NCBI GenBank assembly: GCA_013416795.1
Contig: RQSC01000028.1
Location: forward strand, 404,534-468,533
Direction: 5' to 3'
DNA length: 64,000 nt
Source: Prasinococcaceae sp. CCMP 1430
Taxonomy: Eukaryota > Plantae > Prasinodermophyta
Positions 12,553-24,069 of this stretch are shown here, piece by piece (position 1 is the first letter of the stretch; each line of letters begins with the position of its first letter). The notes beneath the pieces were generated by a model. It was not told the DNA's origin. It was given only the letters and a program-made list of their open reading frames with translations, and ran no database searches. The position numbers were made by a program, and so were the translations under genes.

Positions 12553-12899
12553 CATCGGTGCCGCGGCGGCGCGATTGTATTGGTACGGTATTTTTCTCTC
12601 GTTTGGAGGCCGAGAAGAAGGACAGGGAGGAGTTTGTCCTTGTCGGTCGGCGCCCGCCTCGCGCAGCAGCCGCAAGCGTAGCCGCGGCGTCCATGGGCGT
12701 CCCGCCGCCGCCACTCGTCCTCGTCCTCGTCCTCGTCCTGGCCGGCCTCCGCCTCGAGCAGCAGCCGACGACGCACACCCGTCACCACCGGACCGACCGA
12801 CGAGGGACGACCACACGGGAACGGCGACGCGATCACGTGAGCCTCAGAATGATAATGTCAAAATTTTGCTCCTTCTGCGACATTGCGGAATGCATGCAT

Positions 12900-12980
12900 G
12901 TTGACGTGGCCGAGTGGTTAAGGCGATTGACTCGAAATCAATTGGGTTCGCCCGCGTAGGTTCGAATCCTGCCGTCAACG
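12900..12980 (+). tRNA. tRNA-Ser(CGA), no intron
   Basis: Acceptor stem GTTGACG/CGTCAAC, D-loop TGGCCGAGTGG, anticodon arm ATTGA-CTCGAAA-TCAAT, long variable arm, GGTTCGAATCC T-arm, discriminator G, downstream T-run. Confidence 0.97.
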
Positions 12981-12985
12981 CTTCT

Positions 12986-12994
12986 CTTTTTTTT
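12986..12994 (+). terminator. Pol III terminator (oligo-T) of tRNA-Ser
   Basis: T-run a few nt after the tRNA 3' end. Confidence 0.7.
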
Positions 12995-13626
12995 GTTGCC
13001 CCTTTTTTTCTTTTTTTTCTTTTTTCTTTTTGCTCCCTCCATCCGCCGCAGCCCCCGGCCGCCGCCGCCGCCAGCCGCCGCCGCACCCCTTTACGCGCGC
13101 GCCGCCCCTTCCGCGAAACGTGTGCGTTGTGCACATATCCGTGCATTTTTTCGCCGCCCGTCTCCGCAGCCTGTGCGCGCGCACGCGGGGGCGGTGCGCT
13201 CGAGGGCCCTCGCGCGCAGGCGGCAATGCATTCGCATGGGCACGCCGCATGGGCGCGCGCGCGCGCGGGGCGGGCGACCCAGGGCGCGAGGAGATGAAGC
13301 TGGCCGGCGGATGGCGAGCGGGGCGGAGCGCGCGCGATTCGATCGATCGATGCGCGGGAGGAAACCCCCCAACCAAACGTGGGTCGCGGCGCCGCCCGCC
13401 CACGCGCCCCGCAGCGAAGCACCCAAGAATTCCCATCGATTTCGGCATTCGACCCGGATTGCCTGGTGTAGGTTGTGGGGGCGGGGTATGGTCACTCGGG
13501 AGTTGGTTCAAGGGGTACGATCAGATGGTACGTACCATTCGATGGTACCTTTGCTGGACCATCCTGATGGTACCGGATACTGTGCAGTGTGTACAATATT
13601 TAGGGTTAAACCCGCGCGCAGCAGAC

Positions 13627-15507
13627 CTACTGCAAGTACAGGCCGTACACCATGCACACGCAGTAGGTCGTTTCGTTCTCGTAGTAGTCAGACGCGCAGT
13701 TGTCCGTGTTTGTGTCCTGTCGAGCACCCGCGCGGCCGCGCAAGCGAAGCAGACGCGAGGTGTCAGTACCGCTAGATACCCAAGGCCACCCATGGTCTTG
13801 AGAACAAGACACCGCTGCTCTTGTGCTCGCGTGTCCAATCGCTCCGCCGCATCGCAGCACGGCCCCCACTCGACACCTGCACAGGGCCCAATCTGACACA
13901 CGCAGGACCCTAGCACGTCCGTGCGACGCATCGCGAATGGCGCCTCCTTGGCATGCGGCAACGTACCCATAGACACCGCGACGCAATGCGCATGGCCTGG
14001 CCGACCTTCTGACCAACGGTCACCTGCACGATTAGCTTGTAGCGGTCGTAGCCGAGGTCCTTCACCTTCTCCTTGACAACATCGCTCAGCTCCTTCGCCA
14101 CCTGTTTCAGTGGCACACGGTACGCGTGTGCGGGTGGGTATTGCGCGGGCGTGGCAGCATTAGTTGTTTGGTGTGGTGTGGTGTGGTGTGGTGTGGTGTG
14201 GCGTGGTCAGTGAATCGGCGCGAGTAGGACACAACGAGCACCAGGCCAGGCAGCCATGGCGCTCCGGACACGCTCAAACCGCGCCCGTTCGACGAGTGTT
14301 GCCACCTATACCCACGCACTCGCGCGCCTGCTTGCTCCACCCAAGCTGCTCGTGCAAGGCAGAGCACAAGTCAACAGCAACGTTGTGTCTGCTCCTGGTC
14401 CCCTCCCAACAAGGCGTCAACGGCAATCCGTCCAGCACCACGCGAGTGCGCGTACGCACCTGTGCAGAACGAACTGGGTCATACACGAGCCCATCGAGCC
14501 GGCTCTTGACGAGTTCGGTCACGACCTTCTGCACGCGACCTTTCCGGAACTTCTTGTCCTGTTGCATGTAGAGCACCGAACGCACACCGCACATGCAGAG
14601 GTAGATAACGGAGGTGGTGTGCGTTTGCGTTTGTGTGCGTTGGCGTGCGAGTTTGTGCATGTGCATGTGTACGCGCGGTGGTGAGGAGAGGGAGGGGGGT
14701 CAAGGGGTAATCCACGCGCAGCACGGGCGAGTGGTGAATGCAGCAGGAGCAGATTGACCACGGAGGGGCAAGCCAGACGCGGTCGTGCAGCCACACAGCA
14801 GAGCAGCACGCCAATCGAGCCAGGGTAGATCGCCGCGTGCGGCAATGGTGGCAGCACAACCACGCACGACAGCAAGGATAGGTAATGAGACGGTCAGCAC
14901 GCATGAATTCATGCGCAGGTTTTCGCCCACGCTGCCACACGCGCCAGCACGGCACTCAAGCTTCGCCCCGCCACGGGCGAGTATGTGAGCGCAGAGGCCA
15001 TCGCGCTAACTGCAGCTGGCGGGGCGCAGGCGCCCACACAGCAGCGCGGAAGGCGGCGGTCTCCGCACATGCTAGCGGGCGCTACGGCAGCCCACCAGCG
15101 CTCGTCAAAGGTCCAGCCCCTCCCTGTGTCCCTCCGCACCGGGTGCTCAGTGCAAAGGCGCGCTGGGAGCCGACAACAACAGCGGCGGCAGCGGCAACTG
15201 GGGAAGTCGGGTCGGACATGCCCGCGTTGGTGTGCACGTGTGCACTGACCAGGCACTGCGCGGCGGATGAGCCCCTGCCCGCATCCTTGAGTCCTTCCGA
15301 TTCGCCCAACTTCCGGTACTGCCAGCCACTCCGACGCGAGGAAAGGCGCCTGGCAGGAGCGCAGCCAAGCACTCCCAGCGCGGTTTCGATCTCACGCGCG
15401 CGAGGGGAAGGGGACAGAGCAGCGTTGGGTCGCACCTGGCCGTATCCGTCGGGTCCTTGTATGTAGGTATTCTCGTACACTACCTCCCTCTCTGGCCCGT
15501 CCTCCAT
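13627..15507 (-). CDS. TCTEX1D2: Tctex-type dynein light chain (IFT dynein-2 subunit), 131 aa; exons 15507-15436, 14558-14460, 14101-13967, 13716-13627
   Basis: Spliced product ENTYIQGPDGYGQDKKF...LGYDRYKLIVQVTVGQKVGQAMRIASRCLWDTNTDNCASDYYENE; three phase-0 GT-AG introns. Confidence 0.93.
14169..14208 (+). repeat. (TGTGG)n microsatellite in TCTEX1D2 intron
   Basis: About 6-7 tandem TGTGG units. Confidence 0.9.
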
Positions 15508-17425
15508 TGCGGCCTTGTGCGCCGCGCGCGCGCCTCCCCTCTCTCTCGCGCGCGCCTGTGCCACCCCCTCGGCGCGCACGCGTCGAGTTCCCCAAAGGGG
15601 CGCCGAGGTGCCCGGACCGCGGGCGCGGCGGGGGCGCGCCCGCGCGCATGTGAAATGAAATGCACAGTAGTGACTAGACGAATGTTGGGGTACGCCGGGA
15701 GCGAACCGTCGGCGGCGCAGCTTCCGTGATGCGGTGATGGGCATTCTGATGGGCTCGCTTGGAACGCGCGGAAAACACGCGCGGCGCTCTTCTTTCTTTC
15801 CTTTCCGGAATGCCCGTCGGACTGACTGAACGTGAGTTTGACCCCATTCATGATTGTGAGTGCCAAGACCGACCCACCGACCGACCGCTGGCTGGTCTCT
15901 CTGTCTCTCTGTCTGTCGATCGGGCCGACCGACCGACGAGGCACCGTAGCCTACTCGCCTGCCCGATCGATCGCCAGCCCCGGGCGGTCGGACGCGGCGG
16001 TGGGCGACACTCCAACAACATGCATGCAAGAACAACGACCATGAGGAGTACCATCACTAGCTTTTTTAGCTAGTCAGCGTGGGGGTGAGCGACACGGAGC
16101 GCGCCGGGCAGGAGCGCCAACCCGCCAGCCGGCCAGCCTGCGCCCGCGCGTGGCCAGCCAGTCTGGCTCGGTGACTTGCGCTTCCGCTTTGGGCGCGCGG
16201 GTGGACGCCAACCAAACAACCGACCGAGGACAATCGGCTGGCTGGTCTGGCTGGTGGCGCGTTACGCAGCAGGCGGCGGCGCGCGGGTCGGCCGGTGCAC
16301 GCCACGCTTGCGTCTCTCTATCATTCCCTAGCTAGGGGGGGGGCGGGACCGATGCAGCAGCGTTAGCGCGCACTCGCCCGCGCCGCGACCGCGCGTGCCA
16401 CGGGCGGGCGCACCCCAGACCAGGCCGCGTGCGGACCGCTGCACAGACCGACGCCGCACGGGCACACGAGACACACAGGCAAGAGGTGGGAGAGACAGGG
16501 AGGGGGCGCACGCGCGCGCGTGTGTGTGTGTGGGGGGGGGCGGAGTTTAGAAGCCCTTAGACGAAAGGGACTCGGCGTGGAGGGTGTGTGGTGGTGAGGG
16601 TGAGGCCTGCGCAAGAGCAGGCACGTGGCGCGGCGCGCCACACGCCGCCGGTGGAACGCGCCCACCACTGCCCCCTTCTCGGAGCGAACAGCCCACGCGG
16701 CCGCCCGACGGCAGCAGCGCGGTGGGCCAGCGCAGTACGGCGTGAGCGAAGTGAGGATAGAGAGCACGGAAGGGCCCGTGCTTGTGGGCGCCGCACCCTC
16801 TTCCTCATCGTCTCTCTTGCACGCGTCCGCGGGTGCCTTGCTCCGCCGGCGGCAAGGCAACCAGCGAGCGAGGGCAGAGGCCGGCACCGACTATTGCCGC
16901 GGGGGACGCTACAAGCAGCGCACGCAAAAGCCAGCGCCGCTAGCCACGGTGGGCGACAGCCGTCGCGCAGTGGGCCGCAGGCGTGCGCGTCGTGCGCGTC
17001 GCGGGCTAGGGACGGCCGGGGTAGCAGAAGGCGGGCGACACACGAGAGTGGCGCGGGACGTCAAAGGTGAAAGACAGAGAGGAGCGCGCGGTGGACGAGG
17101 CTCTCACGCTCTCGTTGGTGGTGTGTGCACGCCACAGGAGTTGGAGGAGGCGCGTCGGCGCTGGAGCCGGGTAGGCGTGTGGCGCCAAGTGCTCCTGTGG
17201 GGTCGGGCGGGGACGCGCATAGTCCCCGCACGGCAAGGCCGGAGAGGTTGTGCAGACAGCGCGCACAGCTTGCTGGACTGTCTGCTGTAGTCAAGTCCCC
17301 CAGCAGCAAGTTGTCGCGGTGCCACCCTGCGCGTGCTAGAGCGCCAAGACTGCCCTTCAAACTCTGGGTCCAAATTCGCCGGCTGTGCTGCGCCGCTACA
17401 CTCTGGAGCGCAGCGCGTCTGTACC

Positions 17426-20400
17426 ATGGGGGAGCAGTCAATGGATGTGGACCTTACAGATGTGACTTCCTCGGCTGCGCTTGTGGCGGTCAAGGCAGCG
17501 GCGGAGGATGGGAGGCTGTCGTCTGAGAGGGCGCTCTTTCTGACCGAGAAGTACACGGCCTTGCACGATGCACTCGTCGCGACGATGGCGCGTGACGAGC
17601 AGCTCGTCTCGAAGGTAGGTGTGACCACACGCCAGAATGCCACCAGTCCTCGCCATAGATTCGCCAGCAGGCAGTAGGGGCAGGGATCGTGACCTCACTT
17701 GAAGCGCCCGACGCCTACACGACTTCCCGTGCACACATGTCTGGTTTTCGATCACGTGCGATTCGAATCGTTCGGACCTATCGTGGCAGCCAGCGGTGTT
17801 GCCGGTATTCCTCGCATCGCATGATGTGGCTGACACCAACCCCTCGACGCCTCTGTGCCCGCAACCGCGACGCGCTCGCGTGTGCGGGGCGGTGCTGGAC
17901 GGCGCTGGCCGCGGTCGGGGCGACTTCGCCACAACCCCTGACCCATCAAACAACCCCAACTTGCCACCCGCTCGCCCACCCACCCTACCGCACACAACCT
18001 TCTCCCACCCGACGCCACCTCACCTATGCAGGCCGAGGCGCTCAATAGCCAGGTCGCAAAATCGAGAGAAAAGATCGATGCGCAGGGCGCGCTGCTGCCC
18101 ACACCGTCGCCGTCGCAAACCCCAGCGGGCGCGGGCGACCACAGCACGGTTGAGACGCTTCGCGAGGACGCTGAACAGGCCGAGGCTGAGGTTACGCTGT
18201 GCCGTGAGCGCGAGCAAATGCTTAAAGTGGAGGTGGCCGAGCTGGAGCGACAGCGTGAGGAGTACAGGAGCAGCCTTGAGGAGGCCGAGCGCGAGCACGC
18301 TGCTGCGCTCGCTCCGCAAATTCGGGCGCTGCGTGACGAGATAGACGAGGTGTCCAAGGAAAGCACGGCGAGTGCCGAAAGGGAGCAGGCGCTGCGTGTT
18401 GAACTCAACGAGATCCTCGGTCGGACTGAGGCAGTGCTTGGCGATGAGCGCGCACGGCAGGCTGAGCTGTCGCGCCTGAAGGACACGCTTGCCAAGTCGT
18501 GCGCTCTCTCTGACAAGCTCCGCAAGCAGGTGGACGTTGTGTCTAATGCGGTGAAGGGCCTCGTGCAACACGAATCGCGCCTGGCTGACAAAGCGGCCTC
18601 TACAGACCGTGAGGCCTCCTCGCTAGACGCCAGCGCTCGCGAGCTTTCAGAGGAGCACGCGCGCGCCGCCGCCACGCTGGAACACGCAAGGGCTGCAATC
18701 GCGAAGAAGGAGCGCACTGCGGACGAGATCCGAAAAGACCTGGAGATCGCCGGTCTCGAAGCTGACCAACATCTGAGCGACCAGGTAGCAATAAACATGA
18801 AGCTCAAGGCAGTAGGGCAAGAGCTCAAGCGCGAACGCACAGCGCTGGCGCGCAGCCTAAAGGAGAAGGAGCAGGCGTTGAAGAAATACAAGAAGGAGGA
18901 CGTGGCGTTGTCCAACGCCCGTGGCTCCGCTCCGGCGCTGCAAACCACGCGTGATCAGACGAAACAAGTGCTGGGGCTCATCGAGTCGCAGTGCAAGCGC
19001 CACGCGCTCGCACTCGACGAGCTCAAGCGCGAGATCGACGTGCATATGAATAACTACCTGAAGGAGGAGGCTGTTGGCAAGGAGAAATCGGTGCTCTTCC
19101 AGCAGAGCTATGCGGAGGTCGCAGCGCTCGAGCGCGAAGTGCTTGCATTGAGAAAGGAGGAGGTGGCGAGGCTGGGGCTGATCACCGAGGCGTCGAGCCA
19201 GCGCGAGCGCATGAGCAGGGACGCGGCCACGAAGGTGAACAAAGTTCGTGAGACCAAGGAGTACATCAAGGTTAAGGATCTCGTCATACTAGATCTCAAG
19301 AAGAAGAGGAAGGAGACACACACAAAGGTACACAGCAAAGCCGCGCCCGAGCTTTGCTTGCCGTGCGCGGCACATGGGAGCCGGATCGCATGACCGCGAG
19401 GCCCTCTCTGTGTCACGCGATGCCTCCTCCTCTCTTCTCGCCCTCACACCCAGCGCTTCCCTCTATTGCCTTCGTTGTGCATCACTCGAGGGCTTACATC
19501 GTTCGCGTCTGCTGCTCATACGCCCCGTCCTCACCCCGCCACATACCCTATTCCACCACACACGCACCATCCCACCCGCTGGTCGTCGCCACATTTGGTT
19601 TTGCGTCCCCACTCCGCTACTGTACCTTTATACAGCTCAAAGACTGTACGCAGCTGTATGAGCTCGTGCGCAATCAGCGCAACAAGTTTGTAGCGTTGAT
19701 TCAGGCGTCCAGTCAGTCCATCGCCGAGATGAAGGAAAAGCTGAAGATTCTGAGCAATGAGACTGAGATCCTGCGAGTGGAAGCTGTTTCGAAAGACAGG
19801 CTGCTGAGCAAAGCGCGGCTTGACCATTCTGCCGCCGACAGTGAGCGCGACCATCTGCGTGCGAATCTCAATCGCTGCGCACTCCAGTTTCGCGAACGCC
19901 AGGCTAGCGTCGACGAGCAGATTGCAGAAGTTGACAAGCTCAACGCCATCATAAACATGGCGGAGAAGGACATGCTCCATCGCAAGAAGCAGTACGAGAC
20001 TGGCGTGGAGACCCGGAACCAAACAGGAATCACACTGATTGATCGCAACGATGAGCTATGTATTTTGTACGAGAAGAGGACCATGCAAGAGGAGGTCCTC
20101 AGACAAGGTGAACTCGAGCTGCAGCGGCGTGACGACGAGATCCGCATGCTCAAGCTAGAAATCCGCGAGGTAAGCCGGAGCACCGACGCCGCGCGCAAAG
20201 TCGTGCACCACATTCCCAAGTACGACGAAAGCGCCGTGTCCTTGCAGCAGCAACTACTCGAGGCTCGTCGTAAGGCACAAGAGCTTAGCGACGCGCTTGA
20301 GAGCCCTGAGAACAGGGACCGTTGGCGGCGGCTCGAAGGTAAGGTCCCCGACGAGGAGGAGCTCAGCGTGAAGATCGGGTATCTGGAAGAGCGATATAAC

Positions 20401-20955
20401 GACAAGAGAGAGCAGCTGCTCGAGAAGGAGCTCATCCTCGAGGAGGTGAGCGCGCTCAGTGAACGCCTGCAGCAACAAGCGGCGGAGGGCCGCGCGGACA
20501 CACTCGAGCTGGCCAAGCGTGTGAATGGCTACCAGGCCAAGATCCGTGCCATCACGCGGCGCATGATGGCCACAGTTTCGGAACTGAGCATGTATAAGGC
20601 GAGCTCCATGAAGCTCCAACAGGAGAGGGACGAGCTGGTTGAGCGGATTACAGAGGCAGCGGCACGCATGGACGCAGGGCTTGCGCCCACAGAGGACGCA
20701 GAGCGCGACTGGTACAGACTGGAGCGCGAGCGCTTAGAGCTCGAGGAGGTACCAACGGCCGCGCGCGACACACATCAGACTGATGACAAATCAACGGGGA
20801 TCCGCACTACGGCGGAACCGAGACCGAATGCGTATGTTCCCAGTGATCTAGGAATACCGAGGCCGTACGGCGGCATGGCGCCCTTTAAGCCATCGGAGGC
20901 CGGTTCGACCATGCGCTTCATCAGGAGACCAGCGCCCAAGGAGCTGCTGATCTGA
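17426..20955 (+). CDS. CCDC146: Axonemal coiled-coil protein CCDC146/MBO2; exons 17426-17614, 18032-19327, 19636-20955
   Basis: YELVRNQRNKFVALIQASSQSIAEMKEKLKILSNE, GITLIDRNDELCILYEK, TTAEPRPNAYVP...PRPYGGMAPFKPS motifs; phase-0 introns. Confidence 0.85.
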
Positions 20956-21103
20956 AGGTTTGTGCCTTTCAGAGCCTTTCATCCTTGCGACTTGTAGTCT
21001 AATCCATTTCTTTTGACATGCAGCGCCCGCCGCATGCGGCACAGACGGTAGCTGCCCGGACGGGGCGCCACAACACGCGAGCGGGGACGGCGCGCACAGG
21101 AGG

Positions 21104-22202
21104 ATGGCAAACGCTGCCGCGGCGCGCAGCGGGACAGCTGCAAGCAGCATGCGGTGGGCGGCACTTGAGGCCGCAGTGGCGCGGCGCGCAGCAGTGCTGC
21201 CGTCCACGTCGCATCTGAAGCACACACTAGTGCCGTACTCAGACGGCGGTGTGATGCTGTGCGGCGTAGGTACGCTTGCAGAGCACGCCCTGGCGCCGTC
21301 AGCGCTCGCGCCGCGCAGCGAGCACGGAGGGGAATATCGTTCATGCGAGAGTGTGAATCTCTGCTCCGCCACGCCGGAGGGCGCAGAGCTGACGCGCCGC
21401 CTTCACGTGTTCGCTTCGCGGTTCTGAACGTCACACGCACGAAATGCACGCAGCGGTTGCGTTGTCGCCGCCTGGCTCGCAGGACCGCTCCGTGGCGCGT
21501 CGCGGCGTGCTGGTAGTCCATACAGCTGCGGGAATCGGCGACGATTTCATACTCGCCCAGGCCGAGCGGGTGGCTCTGGCGTGCGGGAGCGAGACCGTTG
21601 CGTTCGTCGTTGACATGTACGGCGCGGAGGAGGGCTTCGTCACCCCGCCACGCTCCACGCAGCTCATGGCAGCACTGCGTGCGGACAGGAACGCACAGGC
21701 GCGGCGTTGCGCTGCTGCTGCCGACGCGCTCGACAGTCTCGCTTTCGGGCCGGAGGTGCAGCCGGGCCTGCACGATACGCCGGCTGGGCCGCTCGCTGCG
21801 GTGGGATATTGCTACGGGGGCCAGTGCGTGCTGGATCTGGCGCGGTCAAACCTGCTCGCAGACAGGCTGCGGTGCGCCGTGTCAATGCATGGCATCCTCG
21901 ACGCGCCCGCGGATATCAAGGTCACTCCAATGGGCACCACGCGCGTAGTGTGCTGCCACGGCGCCTGCGATCCGTTCGTCCCGCGCGAGGGCGTGGCTGC
22001 GTTCGAGGGAGACATGATAGCCAGGGGTGCGGACTGGACGCTGCACGCGTACGGAGAGGCCATGCACGCGTTCACGCGGCCTGACAAGACAGAAGAGGAG
22101 CACGTTGCAGCAGGCTTTCAATATTCGCCTCGACGAGACGCTGAGAGCTTCGCTGCGCTGCTCGCCACCATCGAGGCGACGTGCACGGCAGCGGTTGCGT
22201 AA
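21104..22202 (+). CDS. Dienelactone hydrolase family protein; exons 21104-21269, 21454-22202
   Basis: AVGYCYGG nucleophile motif, HGACDPFV (Asp), AMHAFTRP (His); phase-1 intron GTACGC...CGCAG. Confidence 0.9.
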
Positions 22203-22248
22203 ATTTTTCCTAAATAGGTATACATATAGCAAGCCCTACGACAGGTTT

Positions 22249-23057
22249 TCAGGGGTAGCCAAGAGGGCCGACGCCGCTCCTGCCACCCGCATTGGTGTGA
22301 GCGTCTCTGAGGTAGTTTCCTTCGGAGCCTGGACTGTCGACCATTTCGCTCTCCTCGGTTGTGACCGTGCCATCTGCGTGGTGCACAGTCGTGATCGTCC
22401 TCCTGACACGCTGGCCATTCTGGATGACGGTGGCCGAGCTGGTGGAGCGCGAGGTGTTTCCACCACCGCCAAGCGATGACGACGAGAAGGTCATCGATGA
22501 CGACGAGCTCGTGCCGCTCCATCCTCCCATCATCTGCTGGAGCAAGCCACCTGCGCTCAGCCCCTGCTGCGTGCTGCTGCTGCCCATGCCGCCGAAGAAG
22601 GGGTCCTCGAAAGGGACACCGCGCCCACCCCCACCGCTTGCCGCACGACGAAGCGCACCTGCGCCTCCGAAGACGTGTGCGAATGGGTCCGTGCCCCCGA
22701 AAAAGTGGGAAAAGAGCTCGAAAGGGTCGACAAAGTGGCGGCCAGCGTCAAAGCCTCTGTAAGCGCCACCATACCTGCCGTCTGCGCCTCCATACGCGCG
22801 CCCGCCGGGCGGGCCGCCCGCCTGCACACCCTCCATGCCATAGGCATCGTAAAGCGCGCGGCTGTCAGCGTCCGCGAGCACCTCGTACGCGCGCGCCACG
22901 GCCTTAAACATCTCCTCTGCGCCCGGTTCCCTGTTCTTGTCTGGATGGTAGCGCACTGCCAGCCTGCGGTACGCTAGCGGATGGTCTGTGTGTCGGCATC
23001 GCGCCGGACGCCAAGCACCGCGTACAGGCAGCCTGCAGGATCAGCCTGTGCCGCCAT
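22249..23057 (-). CDS. DnaJ/Hsp40 type II (DNAJB6-like) with a 1-nt frameshift at ~22975
   Basis: [17 protein letters not shown] in one frame, [14 protein letters not shown] in the next; G/F-rich region and S/T-rich C-terminal domain ([19 protein letters not shown]). Confidence 0.85.
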
Positions 23058-24069
23058 GGCGAATGCGCTGGCACGCACGGTGTTTGTAGGTGAGCGCGCG
23101 CGCCCAGCACACGCTACGAGATGGCAGCACCCGCGACGAGGGTGGATGCAGTGGAGGCCGCCGCGGCGCGCGTGCAGTACGCGCTATGCACGCGCTCGGT
23201 GTGGCATCGATGCCCCAACACCAACTTTCGAGTTCTCATAGTCCGACAGTTCCTCCGGTGAGTGAGAGGAGATATCATGGATGGAATCCGAATCCTGGTC
23301 AAAGTGAGACAGAAAAAACGCGCGAGCAAGCGAAGCGCTTACTATCCCGTTGGCTTGATCGCTTGCAAACGCCAGTGCTTGCTCGGGCGCGAACGGTCGC
23401 GACAACCCTACAAACGGCAACTCCGATCTCAAATTTTAGTGTTCACCATGCGCACGCGCACAACACCATGCATGTTGATTGCGGCGCGTCTCGCCGGCGG
23501 CCATGATCAGGTGGTGCATGGTGGACCAGAGCGTTCCCGGTCTTTCGCGAATGCCTTTGACGTTTGAAATGCTTCGTGAGCGGCCGGCACCGAGCAGGAC
23601 CGAAGGCGAAGACCATCATGTCATGTGCGTGCAGAAGAGGCGAGGGGGTGTTAGCAGCGCCGGCGGGGCGTGCGGCGGCCAAAGTGCGCACCAGCGCATT
23701 AGGGCCCCGGCCGTCTGAGGAGCCACTCCTCCGCGCGGGGTCGGTGCCACATCTCGAGCGGGCAGCCGCTCGCCACTGGCACTGCTCGAGGGCGAGCGGC
23801 ACGACTGGTATCTTGGCCAAGGAGCTATCCGGCAGGGCCGGAAGTCGGCCGGACGAAGGGGCTGTGTGAGTAGAGACTACGGTGCTGGTCACAATTGCCG
23901 GAGCAGTGACGGCACAACACCCACGGGGTTCGCCGCTGTCCTGCGCTACGACAGTGGCTACATAACGGACGGTGGCACTGACACGCGCGGCGCCTACTAG
24001 GAACGCAAGGCGACGCGCGCGTGCTTCTGGCGCTGCGCCTTTGGTGCGCGTGTTGGTGTGTGGCCGGCG

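Noticed and set aside
10690-12816. 708-aa minus-strand and 721-aa alternative-frame ORFs over the adenylate kinase
   Set aside because: Shadow ORFs caused by extreme GC3; no motifs. The same applies to 59953-62541, 28039-29601, 8756-10693 and 48851-50350.
15700-15760. C/D-box snoRNA-like motifs (GTGATG...CTGA)
   Set aside because: Spacing too short and no terminal stem or recognisable guide.
16363-17290. ORFs between TCTEX1D2 and CCDC146
   Set aside because: Non-ATG starts, R/A/G-rich composition typical of GC-rich intergenic DNA, no motifs.
22975-22978. TAG in DnaJ as stop readthrough or pyrrolysine
   Set aside because: The J-domain continues in a different frame, so readthrough would not restore it.
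23184-24000. Possible small gene between DnaJ and myosin
   Set aside because: Some protein-like stretches, but no consistent exon model or recognisable homology.
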